DNA from: a virus
Virus record (IMG/VR): IMGVR_UViG_3300032242_001844
DNA length: 64,000 nt
Strand: one strand, 5' to 3'
Made by a program: the position numbers and the translations under genes. The number at the start of each line of letters is the position of its first letter. Position 1 is the first letter of the stretch. The notes below the pieces were generated by a model, which did not search any database, was not told the DNA's origin, and saw only the letters and a program-made list of their open reading frames with translations. Positions 10,348 through 19,978 of this stretch are shown in pieces.

Positions 10348-10955
10348 TGGAAACAATACGCACAAATTCTCAGTCGTTACAAGATATATTTGCAATGTCT
10401 ATACAGGGTGATCGAACATACTTAGAAATTGGCGCAAATCATCCATCAATCCACAGTAACACATATCAATTAGAAGTTAACGCTGGTTGGCGCGGTGTAA
10501 GTATTGAATATAACACTGACCTTATGCCAGATTGGAAAAACCAAAACAAAAGAAAACAACCTATATGTTTTGGCGATGCTTTGATTTTTGACTATGATAC
10601 TGTACTAACACAATACGGATTTCCAAAACATCTTACATATCTATCATGTGATATCGATCCGCCAAAGCATACATTTACTGCATTAAAACGCATATTAAAT
10701 CAAGGGTTTTCTTTTGATTGTATAACCTATGAGCATGATTTATACTGCACGGATAGAAATTATGATCTGATGTCGCGAAAACTTTTAGAATCACATGGAT
10801 ACAAAGTTGCAGTATATGGCGTGTTTCCATTTGGAAAACCACAAGATCATTTTGAAACTTGGTATGTACGAAAAGATATAGATATTACACCATGTCATTT
10901 TTTAGAATATGTAAAGCGGTTGTGCGAGAATTTTAATGTTGAAAAGGTTGGTTAA
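10347..10955 (+). CDS. FkbM-like SAM methyltransferase
   Basis: SQ..QD, YLEIGA....SNT, YLSCDID, ITYEHD. Confidence 0.75.
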   Translation: METIRTNSQSLQDIFAMSIQGDRTYLEIGANHPSIHSNTYQLEVNAGWRGVSIEYNTDLMPDWKNQNKRKQPICFGDALIFDYDTVLTQYGFPKHLTYLSCDIDPPKHTFTALKRILNQGFSFDCITYEHDLYCTDRNYDLMSRKLLESHGYKVAVYGVFPFGKPQDHFETWYVRKDIDITPCHFLEYVKRLCENFNVEKVG

Positions 10956-11752
10956 TAGCCAAACATTCCTAGTTCTAGTCCCATGAGTGGCAAGTTGTAA
11001 CTGGCTAATCTTACATTACTTCCAGTATATCCCTTGTTAGAAGTATTTTCTATTACTACCTTGTTATAGTCTATACCTTTAATATCGCAAAACATTTTAG
11101 CTTGCTGACTTAAAGTATACTTGTTTTCATATACACAGTTAATTGCTTTATGCTGAATAGTATTATTCAAAACAAGATCAACTACTTGCGGCAAATCTTC
11201 AAGATTAAAAAAATCATATCTGCAATCTTGGTTAATTACTACCTTGTCATCATTCATCAATTTTTTAAAAAACCTAGTATTAGGCTCGCTGCGATGAACT
11301 ACTCCAAACAATCGTAAGTTATAACAATTATCTCGTTCATGCAAATGTCTTGCTTGTTTATTTTTTAACAAAGCATATGGTTGTTTTGGGTCTACATAGT
11401 GTATATCATCTTCATCTGCGGCATCAATGTTTCTTTCGATATCATATTCATACCCGCTTCCAAGATGTATGAACTTTTTATAATATTGTGATTGATTTAA
11501 TAAATTACCAAACATAGCAAAGTTTTTAATGTAAAAATCTTCGCTTGGGTTATGAATCATTTCACGACCATAAAATGCGCAATTTATTATTACATGCACT
11601 GCATTTGCAGCCATATAAGATTGAACTGCACTTAAGTTCGATAAGTCAAGTTCTTGACTGGAAGGCGCAAGTACACTATATCCAAATTCACTATAGTAAT
11701 TCTTTAGATAACTGCCGATGTAACCACTTGCGCCTGTAATTAATAATTTCAT
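10952..11752 (-). CDS. NAD-dependent epimerase/dehydratase
   Basis: ITGASGYIG Rossmann motif, GSGYEY, YxxxK (YALLK). Confidence 0.85.
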   Translation of the reverse strand: MKLLITGASGYIGSYLKNYYSEFGYSVLAPSSQELDLSNLSAVQSYMAANAVHVIINCAFYGREMIHNPSEDFYIKNFAMFGNLLNQSQYYKKFIHLGSGYEYDIERNIDAADEDDIHYVDPKQPYALLKNKQARHLHERDNCYNLRLFGVVHRSEPNTRFFKKLMNDDKVVINQDCRYDFFNLEDLPQVVDLVLNNTIQHKAINCVYENKYTLSQQAKMFCDIKGIDYNKVVIENTSNKGYTGSNVRLASYNLPLMGLELGMFGY

Positions 11753-11804
11753 ATGCTTATAATATCCTAATATATAATGTATAGCAATATTTAATGGAAA
11801 AATT

Positions 11805-12536
11805 ATGACACCAGAAGAAAGCCACCAACATAGTTTGATTACACTTGGTTTTATAGAACAGCTAGATGATTATCTTAGCGGCGTAGAAACAGTATGCGAT
11901 ATGGGAGCAGGTATTGGCTTAGATTCTGTGTTTTGGGCAAACCTTAAAGACCCAAACGGGCGTGATAGAAATATCAAAGTTACCGCAGTTGAAATTGCGC
12001 CAGCACAAATAATAAACACTGCTAAGAATATGGAATGGAAATTTGCTGACTTTGGTAAAATAGAATTGCCGCCACAAGATATTATATGGGCACATGATGT
12101 GTTGCAACTGGCCGCTGATCCTATTGGTACCCTATTTCATTGGCATACACTTCTTCGTACAGATGGATTACTTTTAATAGAAATACCTTATCTATTAAGC
12201 GTTCATTCGCATGTAGAAAGACTTAAAGTTGATGTTAATATGAAGGCTGGAACATATCATATCTATACATTAAGCAATCTTATTGCGCAGTTAGCTAGTG
12301 CAGGGTTTGATTGCAGACAAGCACACTTTCACTTAGATCGGCAATCTGGATGGATTCGTGCGGCTGTTTATCGCACAGAGGCAGAGCCAAAACTTTATAA
12401 TAGTTGGTATGATCTTGCAGAAACAGGTAGATTACCATATAGTCTTGATGATGTAATACAATCTGCTAATAGATTTAATGAAACTGATTTGGTAGTTGAA
12501 TGGTTAGATAGATCAGTTACTATCTTAAAAATATAG
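11805..12536 (+). CDS. Class I SAM-dependent methyltransferase
   Basis: VCDMGAGIGLD motif I, DIIWAHD, L..DGLL. Confidence 0.8.
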   Translation: MTPEESHQHSLITLGFIEQLDDYLSGVETVCDMGAGIGLDSVFWANLKDPNGRDRNIKVTAVEIAPAQIINTAKNMEWKFADFGKIELPPQDIIWAHDVLQLAADPIGTLFHWHTLLRTDGLLLIEIPYLLSVHSHVERLKVDVNMKAGTYHIYTLSNLIAQLASAGFDCRQAHFHLDRQSGWIRAAVYRTEAEPKLYNSWYDLAETGRLPYSLDDVIQSANRFNETDLVVEWLDRSVTILKI

Positions 12537-12547
12537 AAAGAACTATA

Positions 12548-12748
12548 ATGACAACAGATGAATTATTAGAAAAACTAGTGCTTGCAATGGAACAAATGAT
12601 TGATGCACAAGATGATATGTGGGAAGAAGAAAAATATAGCAATTATCGCTACCGTGATAAAATCAAACAAGAAGTATTTTTACCTGCAAAAGAAGAATTT
12701 AAATATTTGTTTATAGAAACAATTAAGAGTATTAAATCCTCTGCGTAA
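12548..12748 (+). CDS. Hypothetical protein
   Basis: 66-aa ORF in operon orientation. Confidence 0.6.
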   Translation: MTTDELLEKLVLAMEQMIDAQDDMWEEEKYSNYRYRDKIKQEVFLPAKEEFKYLFIETIKSIKSSA

Positions 12749-12789
12749 AACGCATAGCAGAGTTTCACAAAAACCCCTTGTTTTCATGT

Positions 12790-12829
12790 TGCAACGCACC
12801 ATTTATAATATAAGTAATGGTGCAGTGCA
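12790..12829. promoter_or_regulatory. Pair of inverted PhaR-type operator boxes flanking a TATAAT
   Basis: TGCAACGCACCA (12790-12801, +) and TGCACTGCACCA (12818-12829, -) both fit TGCRNYGCASMA; TATAAT at 12804-12809 lies between them. Confidence 0.65.
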
Positions 12830-12840
12830 AGGAGAAAACA

Positions 12841-13023
12841 ATGAAGATTCTTATTAAGATTTGGAATAACCTTTTTCCATCACAACAAGAAGAGATGACA
12901 CGCAGGTTTGAAGCATTTATGGCTGACTGTCATGATGTTCGTGATGTAGAATATCGTCTACAGATGTGGGACCGTGGCTACGGTATGGATAAAAGAAATT
13001 TTGGTGGATTGCAAATTCGCTAA
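12841..13023 (+). CDS. DUF3563-like small protein
   Basis: AAGGAG SD then ATG 12841; EAFMADCHDVRDVEYRLQMWDR matches the EAYLA...D..DLE.R.R..DR pattern. Confidence 0.6.
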   Translation: MKILIKIWNNLFPSQQEEMTRRFEAFMADCHDVRDVEYRLQMWDRGYGMDKRNFGGLQIR

Positions 13024-13024
13024 A

Positions 13025-13150
13025 TAGTTGTGGGACTAGATGCAGAGTCTAGTATCCTTTAACTAGCTTACCCCCTACTATTATTCGTAATAGTAGTCCA
13101 TAACTTTCAGGAGTTATGCGGTTAAAAACCTCGCTTCATGCGGGGTTTTT
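13025..13150 (+). ncRNA. Candidate small structured RNA / structured 3' UTR ending in an intrinsic terminator
   Basis: Four consecutive hairpins, the last with a T-run. Confidence 0.4.
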
Positions 13151-13191
13151 TATTGACAAAAATTATATTAGGATATATATTATTATCTAGT

Positions 13192-13265
13192 GGGGAATTA
13201 GGCTAGTGGAAAACCGCCGCCTTTGCAAGGCGGATTCATCAGTTCGACTCTGATATTCTCCACCA
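13192..13265 (+). tRNA. tRNA-Ala(TGC)
   Basis: GGGGAAT/ATTCTCC acceptor with G3-U70, CCGCC-TTTGCAA-GGCGG anticodon arm, GTTCGA T-loop, encoded CCA; TTGACA upstream at 13153. Confidence 0.95.
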
Positions 13266-13283
13266 ACATCAACAAGGGATACT

Positions 13284-13994
13284 ATGACTGATATCAAAAT
13301 TTTTTGGCATGTAAATGAGCTAGCTGGTTGGGACAATGTAATGAACCAACAGTGGGAATTGATTGAAAAAAGTGGGCTGGGAACTGCAGCTAAAGAAATT
13401 ATTATCTGTGCAAATGGTCAACCTTGGACATTTGAGGCATGGAAGCAAAGCAAGAGTAACAGTGAATTATTCAACAAGATTATTCTTGTTAATGTAAACA
13501 AAGACGCAGCGTTTCATGAATATCCAACTTTGTCATACATGCATCATGTAGCAAAGAACGCTGATAGTGAATGCTATGTCTGTTATATTCATCTAAAAGG
13601 TCTGTTGCGATGGGGTGATGAGAATGTAGGCGACTGGCGCAATTTTATGAATTGGGCAACTATTGAAAAATGGCAAGATAATATTGATGCACTAGATCAA
13701 GGTGCACAAGCAGTTGGTACAAATTACAACATTGCGCCTTGGCCACATTTTGCTGGAAATTTCTGGTGGGCAAAGTTAAGTTATATTGGAACACTTGAAC
13801 CGTTACATCATCCAGAAGATAAAGTTAATCGCGCATATACTCAATTTGCTGCACACCCAACCAATCCACACTGGCGTTTTGATCATGAGGCGTGGTTGCA
13901 TAGCAAGGGACCAAAATATGTTGAAATTGCAAAAAGTTTAGAGCCAGGCGAGCGTCATTACCGTGAACGCTATCCTCGCGAAAATTATGCTTGA
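13284..13994 (+). CDS. Putative glycosyltransferase-like protein
   Basis: EYPTL, YIHLKG, HFAGNFWW motifs typical of viral glycan-cluster proteins. Confidence 0.5.
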   Translation: MTDIKIFWHVNELAGWDNVMNQQWELIEKSGLGTAAKEIIICANGQPWTFEAWKQSKSNSELFNKIILVNVNKDAAFHEYPTLSYMHHVAKNADSECYVCYIHLKGLLRWGDENVGDWRNFMNWATIEKWQDNIDALDQGAQAVGTNYNIAPWPHFAGNFWWAKLSYIGTLEPLHHPEDKVNRAYTQFAAHPTNPHWRFDHEAWLHSKGPKYVEIAKSLEPGERHYRERYPRENYA

Positions 13995-14332
13995 TAATTG
14001 AAATCCCAAATTTCAGAAATTTTAATTTGGTTCCCATAATATTGTTTTATTTCAGCAATTAATTCAGTAATCCACAGCGGGTTTCCATCATCCGTTGTGG
14101 GGTTGTACAATTCTGAATAGTACTCAAGTACGCTATCTAAATCTTTAAATATTATTTCATTTATACTTTTAAATTTTGTAGAGTCAGTGCCATGAATAAT
14201 TGCCAGCAATTTCCCTTCATTTTTAAGTTTTTCAATGATATTTTTTTTATAATCAAACACACTCACTAAAAGATTTGAAAATTCAACATTTTCAGATGGT
14301 ATTTCAACGATAAATGTTTTTTTTATTGCCAT
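13985..14332 (-). CDS. Hypothetical protein (very AT-rich)
   Basis: 115-aa ORF convergent on upstream gene; AAGGAA upstream on the minus strand. Confidence 0.55.
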   Translation of the reverse strand: MAIKKTFIVEIPSENVEFSNLLVSVFDYKKNIIEKLKNEGKLLAIIHGTDSTKFKSINEIIFKDLDSVLEYYSELYNPTTDDGNPLWITELIAEIKQYYGNQIKISEIWDFNYQA

Positions 14333-14425
14333 TTTTTTTCCTTAAACGGTCATTTTTTGCTTGACAACCTATTTAACTGTGGTAATATGCATATATAAGC
14401 TTTTAACCAGCCAATGAGGTGTCCT

Positions 14426-15211
14426 ATGACTCGCATGACAGATGAAGCAATTATGGCTCGTATTGCCGAGCGTTTTGAAATCCTTGAAGACATGACCACT
14501 GCCGTAAAGGAAGGTGATGTTCGTGCTATGATCGTGGTGGGACCGCCTGGGGTTGGTAAATCCTATGGCGTTCATAAAAAGTTGGACGAGCATTCTCTTT
14601 ATGATGAAGTTGCTGGTAAAGTCAAGTATCAGGTTGTCAAGGGTGCAATGACTGCTCTTGGTCTCTATGCCAAGCTATATGAGTTCAGCGATAGTGGTAG
14701 CGTCCTCGTGTTCGACGATTGCGATAGCGTGTTGATGGATGAACTGTCGCTCAATATTCTTAAGGCAGCACTTGACAGTGGCAAGAAGCGCACCATCCAT
14801 TGGAATGCTGATAGCAATCTGCTTCACAAGCAAGGCATCCCAAACAAGTTTGACTTCAAGGGCGGCGTTATCTTTATCACCAACTTGAAGTTTGAGAACA
14901 TTCGTTCTAAAAAGCTGCAAGACCATCTTGGTGCACTGCAGTCTCGTTGTCACTATATTGATTTGACAATGGATACTGAACACGATAAATATCTTCGTAT
15001 TCGGCAAATTGCAGAAAGCGGACAACTGTTTAACGGTTATGATATGACCAAAACACAAGAAACCGAAATCCTGCACTTTATGAAAGACAATGCCAATCGG
15101 TTCCGTGAAATGTCACTGCGTACCGCACTTAAGTTGGCTGACCTTCGTAAGTCGCAGCCAAACCGTTGGCAGCGTGTTGCAGAAGTAACGATTATGAGGA
15201 ACGGTGCATGA
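14426..15211 (+). CDS. AAA-family P-loop ATPase
   Basis: GPPGVGKS Walker A, VFDDCD Walker B, ALQSR arginine finger; GAGGT SD favours ATG 14426. Confidence 0.85.
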   Translation: MTRMTDEAIMARIAERFEILEDMTTAVKEGDVRAMIVVGPPGVGKSYGVHKKLDEHSLYDEVAGKVKYQVVKGAMTALGLYAKLYEFSDSGSVLVFDDCDSVLMDELSLNILKAALDSGKKRTIHWNADSNLLHKQGIPNKFDFKGGVIFITNLKFENIRSKKLQDHLGALQSRCHYIDLTMDTEHDKYLRIRQIAESGQLFNGYDMTKTQETEILHFMKDNANRFREMSLRTALKLADLRKSQPNRWQRVAEVTIMRNGA

Positions 15212-15381
15212 AGACATATGATATTAAAGGGTTTGTATCCAAACCACATGAACCAACCGTTCAGTTCCAAGTAACTGTAAATGCAAATGACCAGTCGAGC
15301 GCAAAGCGACTGGTCACTATGCAATATGGTATGGGTGGAACAGTTAATTTTCAAAAAATTTTAGAAAAGAAAAATAAATAA
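15208..15381 (+). CDS. Small hypothetical protein
   Basis: GAGGA SD and ATGA overlap with the ATPase stop. Confidence 0.6.
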   Translation: MKTYDIKGFVSKPHEPTVQFQVTVNANDQSSAKRLVTMQYGMGGTVNFQKILEKKNK

Positions 15382-15388
15382 CTTTTTC

Positions 15389-15414
15389 AAACAGGGCAGA
15401 TGCCCTGTTTTTTT
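15389..15414 (+). terminator. Intrinsic terminator
   Basis: AAACAGGGC/GCCCTGTTT stem plus T-run. Confidence 0.8.
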
Positions 15415-15450
15415 ATTGCATTATAATAAACAACACTGTATATTAAATAA

Positions 15451-16896
15451 ATGTTGTGCAAAATAATTATTCGAGACGAAGTAAATTGCAAAATTGAAGG
15501 ACTTGATGCAGACACGCGCCGTAGGCTTGTGGCAAAATTTAAGTACGAAGTTCCATACGCCAGATATTTGCCATCTGTTCGTCTTGGACGATGGGATGGA
15601 AAAATTGCATACTTTCAGTTGGGTGGCTCTACCTATATTAACTTGCTGCCAGAAGTAATTGAATATCTAACGGATCGCAATTGGGAATTTGAGATTGAAG
15701 ATCGCCGTGCAGCGCGAGCCGCCTTTGAATTTACACAAGTAGATGAGAATACATTCGCACATAAGACTTGGCCAAAAGGTCACCCTGTTGCAGGACAGCC
15801 AATTGTTTTGCGCGATTATCAAATTGATATTATCAATAAATTTTTAGGCGATACACAGTGTGTACAAGAAGTTGCTACTGGCGCTGGTAAGACTATTATG
15901 ACCGCAGCGTTAAGCCTTATGGTTGAACCATATGGTCGTTCTATTATTATTGTTCCAAGCAAGAGTTTAGTTCTTCAAACCGAAGAAGATTATAAAAATC
16001 TTGGGCTAGATGTTGGCGTTTATTTTGGTGAACGCAAAGAACTAGGTCGAGCACATACTATTTGCACATGGCAAAGCCTGAACAGCCTTTATAAGGGCAG
16101 CAAAGGCACAGGCAATGAGTGGACCATGATGCTTAATGTTGCAGCAATTATTGTCGATGAAGTTCATCAAGCAAAAGCAGAGGTTCTCAAAGCAATGCTT
16201 ACACAAGAGTTTGCACATGTTCCAATTCGTTGGGGATTGACTGGAACTATTCCAAAAGAAAAATTTGAACAGGTTGCGCTTGTTGTATCCATTGGACAAG
16301 TTGTAAGTCAGCTTAGCGCAAGTGAATTACAAGATCGTGGCGTTCTGTCTAACTGCCATGTCAACATCGTGCAAACAGTTGAGTACAGCGACTTTAGAAA
16401 TTATCAAGAAGAATTAAAGTATCTTACCACAAATAAAGAAAGGCTTGATCATCTTTCAAGTCTTATTAGCGAGATAATTAAAACAGGAAATACGCTTGTG
16501 TTAGTAGACCGCCGCGAGTGCGGTGAAGAACTAGTAGCGCGATTGCCAAATAGTATATTTGTCCATGGAGATATGAAAAATGCTGATAGAAAAGAACACT
16601 ATGATGAAATTGCAAATGTCAGTGACAAGATTATTGTTGCTACCTATGGAGTTGCTGCTGTGGGTATCAATATTCCTCGCATTTTTAATATGGTACTGCT
16701 TGAACCAGGAAAGAGCTTTGTTAGGGTTATCCAATCTATTGGACGAGGCATACGAAAAGCAGACGACAAAGACTTTGTTCAAATCTGGGACATAACAGCA
16801 GATTGTAAATTTGCAAAGCGACATTTAACAAAGCGTAAACAATTTTATAAAGAAGCAAATTATCCATTTACTCAAGAAAAGAGTATATACAAATGA
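15451..16896 (+). CDS. uvsW: SF2 DNA helicase (UvsW-like)
   Basis: LRDYQ, ATGAGKT, VDEVH, GLTGT, QSIGRGIR; WDGKI N-terminal motif. Confidence 0.92.
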   Translation: MLCKIIIRDEVNCKIEGLDADTRRRLVAKFKYEVPYARYLPSVRLGRWDGKIAYFQLGGSTYINLLPEVIEYLTDRNWEFEIEDRRAARAAFEFTQVDENTFAHKTWPKGHPVAGQPIVLRDYQIDIINKFLGDTQCVQEVATGAGKTIMTAALSLMVEPYGRSIIIVPSKSLVLQTEEDYKNLGLDVGVYFGERKELGRAHTICTWQSLNSLYKGSKGTGNEWTMMLNVAAIIVDEVHQAKAEVLKAMLTQEFAHVPIRWGLTGTIPKEKFEQVALVVSIGQVVSQLSASELQDRGVLSNCHVNIVQTVEYSDFRNYQEELKYLTTNKERLDHLSSLISEIIKTGNTLVLVDRRECGEELVARLPNSIFVHGDMKNADRKEHYDEIANVSDKIIVATYGVAAVGINIPRIFNMVLLEPGKSFVRVIQSIGRGIRKADDKDFVQIWDITADCKFAKRHLTKRKQFYKEANYPFTQEKSIYK

Positions 16897-17606
16897 ATAA
16901 TATTTCTTTAGTAACTATCACATTTCATAAAGATTTTAATTGTCTTGAAAAACAATTGACATCACTTAACATGTATTATAAAAAAAATTTAACACATAAT
17001 ATTATATTGAATGATGATGAAATTTATTTGACTGGTTTACAAAATATAGTATCTAAATTTAAATATTTTAATTATAAAATTTACCACTTTTCAAATTTTG
17101 ATTTATCACATCAAACTGTTGAATTAGATTGGTTTAACCAGCAAATACTAAAACTTCAAGCTTGCAATATCATAGATACTAAGTTTTATTTAATTTTTGA
17201 TTCTAAAGATTATGTGACACAATATCATGATTTTAACGAATTGATAGCCAATGACATTCCATCACTGAACTATGATAAACATGATTTATATAAACTTGAT
17301 ACCAGTTATTCAAATTCATTTAAATTTTTTAATCTAAATCCTGATGAGCATAGAGATTTTGTAACTGACGGACGAACGCCATTTATAATGGAAACAGAAC
17401 ATACAAAATCATTATTAAATTATATTGAAGATAGCGGCATAAAATTAAACCAACTTATAACTCCAACAACAGACCACACAAAGCGACACACAGAATTTTA
17501 TCTTTATAATGCGTGGTTAGAAAAAAACAATGTTAAAGTAAATTGGGTAAAAGAATTAATACTAGGACAAAAAATAGAATATGAATGCAGAATTAAAAAT
17601 ATTTAA
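16893..17606 (+). CDS. Glycosyltransferase-like hypothetical protein (DUF6492-like)
   Basis: WFNQQILKL, FDSKD, TEFYLY motifs; AT-rich. Confidence 0.5.
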   Translation: MNNISLVTITFHKDFNCLEKQLTSLNMYYKKNLTHNIILNDDEIYLTGLQNIVSKFKYFNYKIYHFSNFDLSHQTVELDWFNQQILKLQACNIIDTKFYLIFDSKDYVTQYHDFNELIANDIPSLNYDKHDLYKLDTSYSNSFKFFNLNPDEHRDFVTDGRTPFIMETEHTKSLLNYIEDSGIKLNQLITPTTDHTKRHTEFYLYNAWLEKNNVKVNWVKELILGQKIEYECRIKNI

Positions 17607-17624
17607 TACAAAAAAGGAAGTGCA

Positions 17625-18125
17625 GTGCGTATATTAACCGTAGAAAATACAGTATTTGAAATGAATAATTTACCAGACCAAGTTGATGATCTTAGGTTCT
17701 GTGTGTTAGACAACAGTAATCCAGCAGATGCTGACTATTACTTTTTACCATTAGTTTTTTTAGAAAGTTTCAATGATCCTGCTCTTGTGCTAAAGATAGG
17801 AAATCATAAAATTATGATGCCATACAATTGGCGTATTCTTATTGGTGAAGCAGAAATTGGTGACCTTGAAGCCCTACCACTGACAAAATTAAATGATCGC
17901 GGGTTCCAAGCCTTTACATTTAATCCTATTAGTTCATTTCGTGCAGAGTTTATGAATATTGAAATAACAGATGTTTATCAAGATGTGCGTTGGTATTTTC
18001 CTAAAATAAAAAATGGTCAATTACTGTGCATACCGCTAAGTGATGGACCAAAGCCAATATGTGCATACTTCGTTAAAGAAATTAGTCGTGCAAGCGAATT
18101 GATTGACATTCAAAACATAGTGTAG
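17625..18125 (+). CDS. Conserved phage hypothetical protein, possible degenerate Hint-fold
   Basis: AAGGA SD + GTG; beta-rich, loose resemblance to Hint blocks; ends in TAG. Confidence 0.6.
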   Translation: MRILTVENTVFEMNNLPDQVDDLRFCVLDNSNPADADYYFLPLVFLESFNDPALVLKIGNHKIMMPYNWRILIGEAEIGDLEALPLTKLNDRGFQAFTFNPISSFRAEFMNIEITDVYQDVRWYFPKIKNGQLLCIPLSDGPKPICAYFVKEISRASELIDIQNIV

Positions 18126-18137
18126 TATCATATAAAA

Positions 18138-18599
18138 ATGAACAAACTTGACATTGGTTATGAGATGGCACAGTTGGATACCAAGAACCGTGCCTTTTAT
18201 GATGAACTTACCGATGAAGAACGCAAAAAGTTCTCTACCTATCTTATGTTGCGGTGGGGCAGCGCAGTTATAGGAGTTTCAGAGTTGCAGCAGTATTATT
18301 TGCAAGCAATGAACGAACGAGTTAACAAGCGGTTTTTTGATATCAACAAGCATCCTAAACTGCAGTGGCTGTTGATGACAACGGTAAGTCCTGATATGGG
18401 TAACCATCGTCATGAATGGATGGCGTTTAATGCTCGCAAATCAAAGAACAAACGAAGTGATGTTATTGCAAAACTATATCCAGAATATAAACTTGATGAT
18501 TGTGATCTGTTAGCATCAAGTATTCCTGATGTTGAGTTTAAGGCGATGTTGGTGGAATTGGGTTGGAATGATAAAGAAATCAAAGAGGCAATGAAATGA
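18138..18599 (+). CDS. Clamp-loader small subunit-like (gp62-like)
   Basis: F..YLMLRW.S, N..VN..F, HPKLQWLL, HEW pattern; replication context. Confidence 0.55.
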   Translation: MNKLDIGYEMAQLDTKNRAFYDELTDEERKKFSTYLMLRWGSAVIGVSELQQYYLQAMNERVNKRFFDINKHPKLQWLLMTTVSPDMGNHRHEWMAFNARKSKNKRSDVIAKLYPEYKLDDCDLLASSIPDVEFKAMLVELGWNDKEIKEAMK

Positions 18600-18811
18600 C
18601 AATTAAAAGTGCTTTTACAAATGCTGGCGATGTTGCATTTATTAATATCCAAGACACTCATGGTGGTCAAAATTTGCAGATAAATTTTACAAATGAAATG
18701 ATTGAATTGGCTTCTTTTTGGAAGGAATGGGGACCAGTATTTAAGAGTTATAATCCAAGTGTTATTGATGCACTTCACCAAGCCAAGGTATTGCACGAAA
18801 TTAACAAATGA
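18596..18811 (+). CDS. Hypothetical protein
   Basis: ATGA-coupled 71-aa ORF. Confidence 0.55.
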   Translation: MTIKSAFTNAGDVAFINIQDTHGGQNLQINFTNEMIELASFWKEWGPVFKSYNPSVIDALHQAKVLHEINK

Positions 18812-19539
18812 GTATGGATCAATTGCGCAAAATCGCAGAAGAAGCAGCCAAAGATGTTAAGCCAGGCACACATGTATGCAAGTACTGTAGCCAAGGATTT
18901 GTGCGTGAAAGCACACTGGCGGTTCATCAGTGTGAACCAAAACGCCGTGACCAGCAACAACATGAAAAAGGCGTTATCATTGGGTTTAACGCTTGGCTGC
19001 GGTTCTTTGAACTTACACAGGGTTCGGCAAAGTTTAAAACATATGCGGATTTTTGCAATAACACTTTTTATAATGCATTTGTAAAATTTGGGCGACATTG
19101 CGTTAGTATAAATGCAATCAATACAAGTCAGTTTACTGATTATGTATTAAAGCAGCAATTGAAAATTGATAACTGGTGCAAAGACAAAGTATATGATGAA
19201 TATCTGCATTTGTTATTGCGCAATGAGAATAGTAGCGATGCGTTAGAGCGTTCAATCTTAACTATGCAAGATTGGGCAGAAGATACCAATAATGATATAA
19301 CACAGTATTTTGAATCTGTCTCAAATGGTCGATTTGTGCAGCATATTATCAATGGTCGTATCTCTCCATGGGTGTTATACTGTTGCGACAGTGGAATTGC
19401 TAAACTTGAAACTTTAACTGAAGAACATGTTAGTATGGTTATTAAACAGATTGATCCTGATTTTTGGCAGAGAAAACTGCGAGATTATCCTGCTGATGCA
19501 GAAATGACAAAGCATATATTATCACAGGCAAATTTTTAA
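18808..19539 (+). CDS. C2H2/C2HC zinc-finger protein of the replication module
   Basis: CKYCSQGF.RESTLAVHQC; GRISPW. Confidence 0.65.
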   Translation: MSMDQLRKIAEEAAKDVKPGTHVCKYCSQGFVRESTLAVHQCEPKRRDQQQHEKGVIIGFNAWLRFFELTQGSAKFKTYADFCNNTFYNAFVKFGRHCVSINAINTSQFTDYVLKQQLKIDNWCKDKVYDEYLHLLLRNENSSDALERSILTMQDWAEDTNNDITQYFESVSNGRFVQHIINGRISPWVLYCCDSGIAKLETLTEEHVSMVIKQIDPDFWQRKLRDYPADAEMTKHILSQANF

Positions 19540-19793
19540 TGAAACTACGGTTTATAGTTGGCAATAATTTATCACTTAGCGAAGTTCGTTCACTATCTGA
19601 TGAAATTTACACTATCGACCTTATACAAAATAAGAGCACACTTGTTATTAGTGATGTGTCGTTTTATGTTAGCAACGAGGCAGAAATTAAACAATGGTGT
19701 GATTCTTCCTTGACAAAATGGTCACAAAAAGGTATGATACTAGGATTCATAAACGATGAAGAGAGAACGCTATTTTTGATGAGATGGGCATGA
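19539..19793 (+). CDS. Hypothetical protein
   Basis: Coupled 84-aa ORF ending in F.MRW. Confidence 0.55.
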   Translation: MKLRFIVGNNLSLSEVRSLSDEIYTIDLIQNKSTLVISDVSFYVSNEAEIKQWCDSSLTKWSQKGMILGFINDEERTLFLMRWA

Positions 19794-19978
19794 CTTGGTT
19801 TATTATATCTTGGCTTTACCTTGCTGGCATGGGCGCAATTTATGCCATTGATGATAGTAGTTCTCGCCTATTTTGGTTTACTGCGGTGTTATTGGTATTT
19901 TGGCCTCTGTGGGTAACTTTTATATCGCTTTGGTTTTTATGGCTTACAATTAAGGAACGAAAATGGATATCGACATAG
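19790..19978 (+). CDS. Small two-TM membrane protein
   Basis: Two hydrophobic segments; ends in TAG. Confidence 0.5.
   Translation: MTWFIISWLYLAGMGAIYAIDDSSSRLFWFTAVLLVFWPLWVTFISLWFLWLTIKERKWIST

Noticed and set aside
18123-18140. TAG read-through fusing 17625-18125 in frame to the clamp-loader-like gene
   Set aside because: In frame, but the downstream gene has its own leaderless-type promoter (TTGACA 18103, TATCAT 18126); the frame match is probably chance, though low-level fusion cannot be excluded
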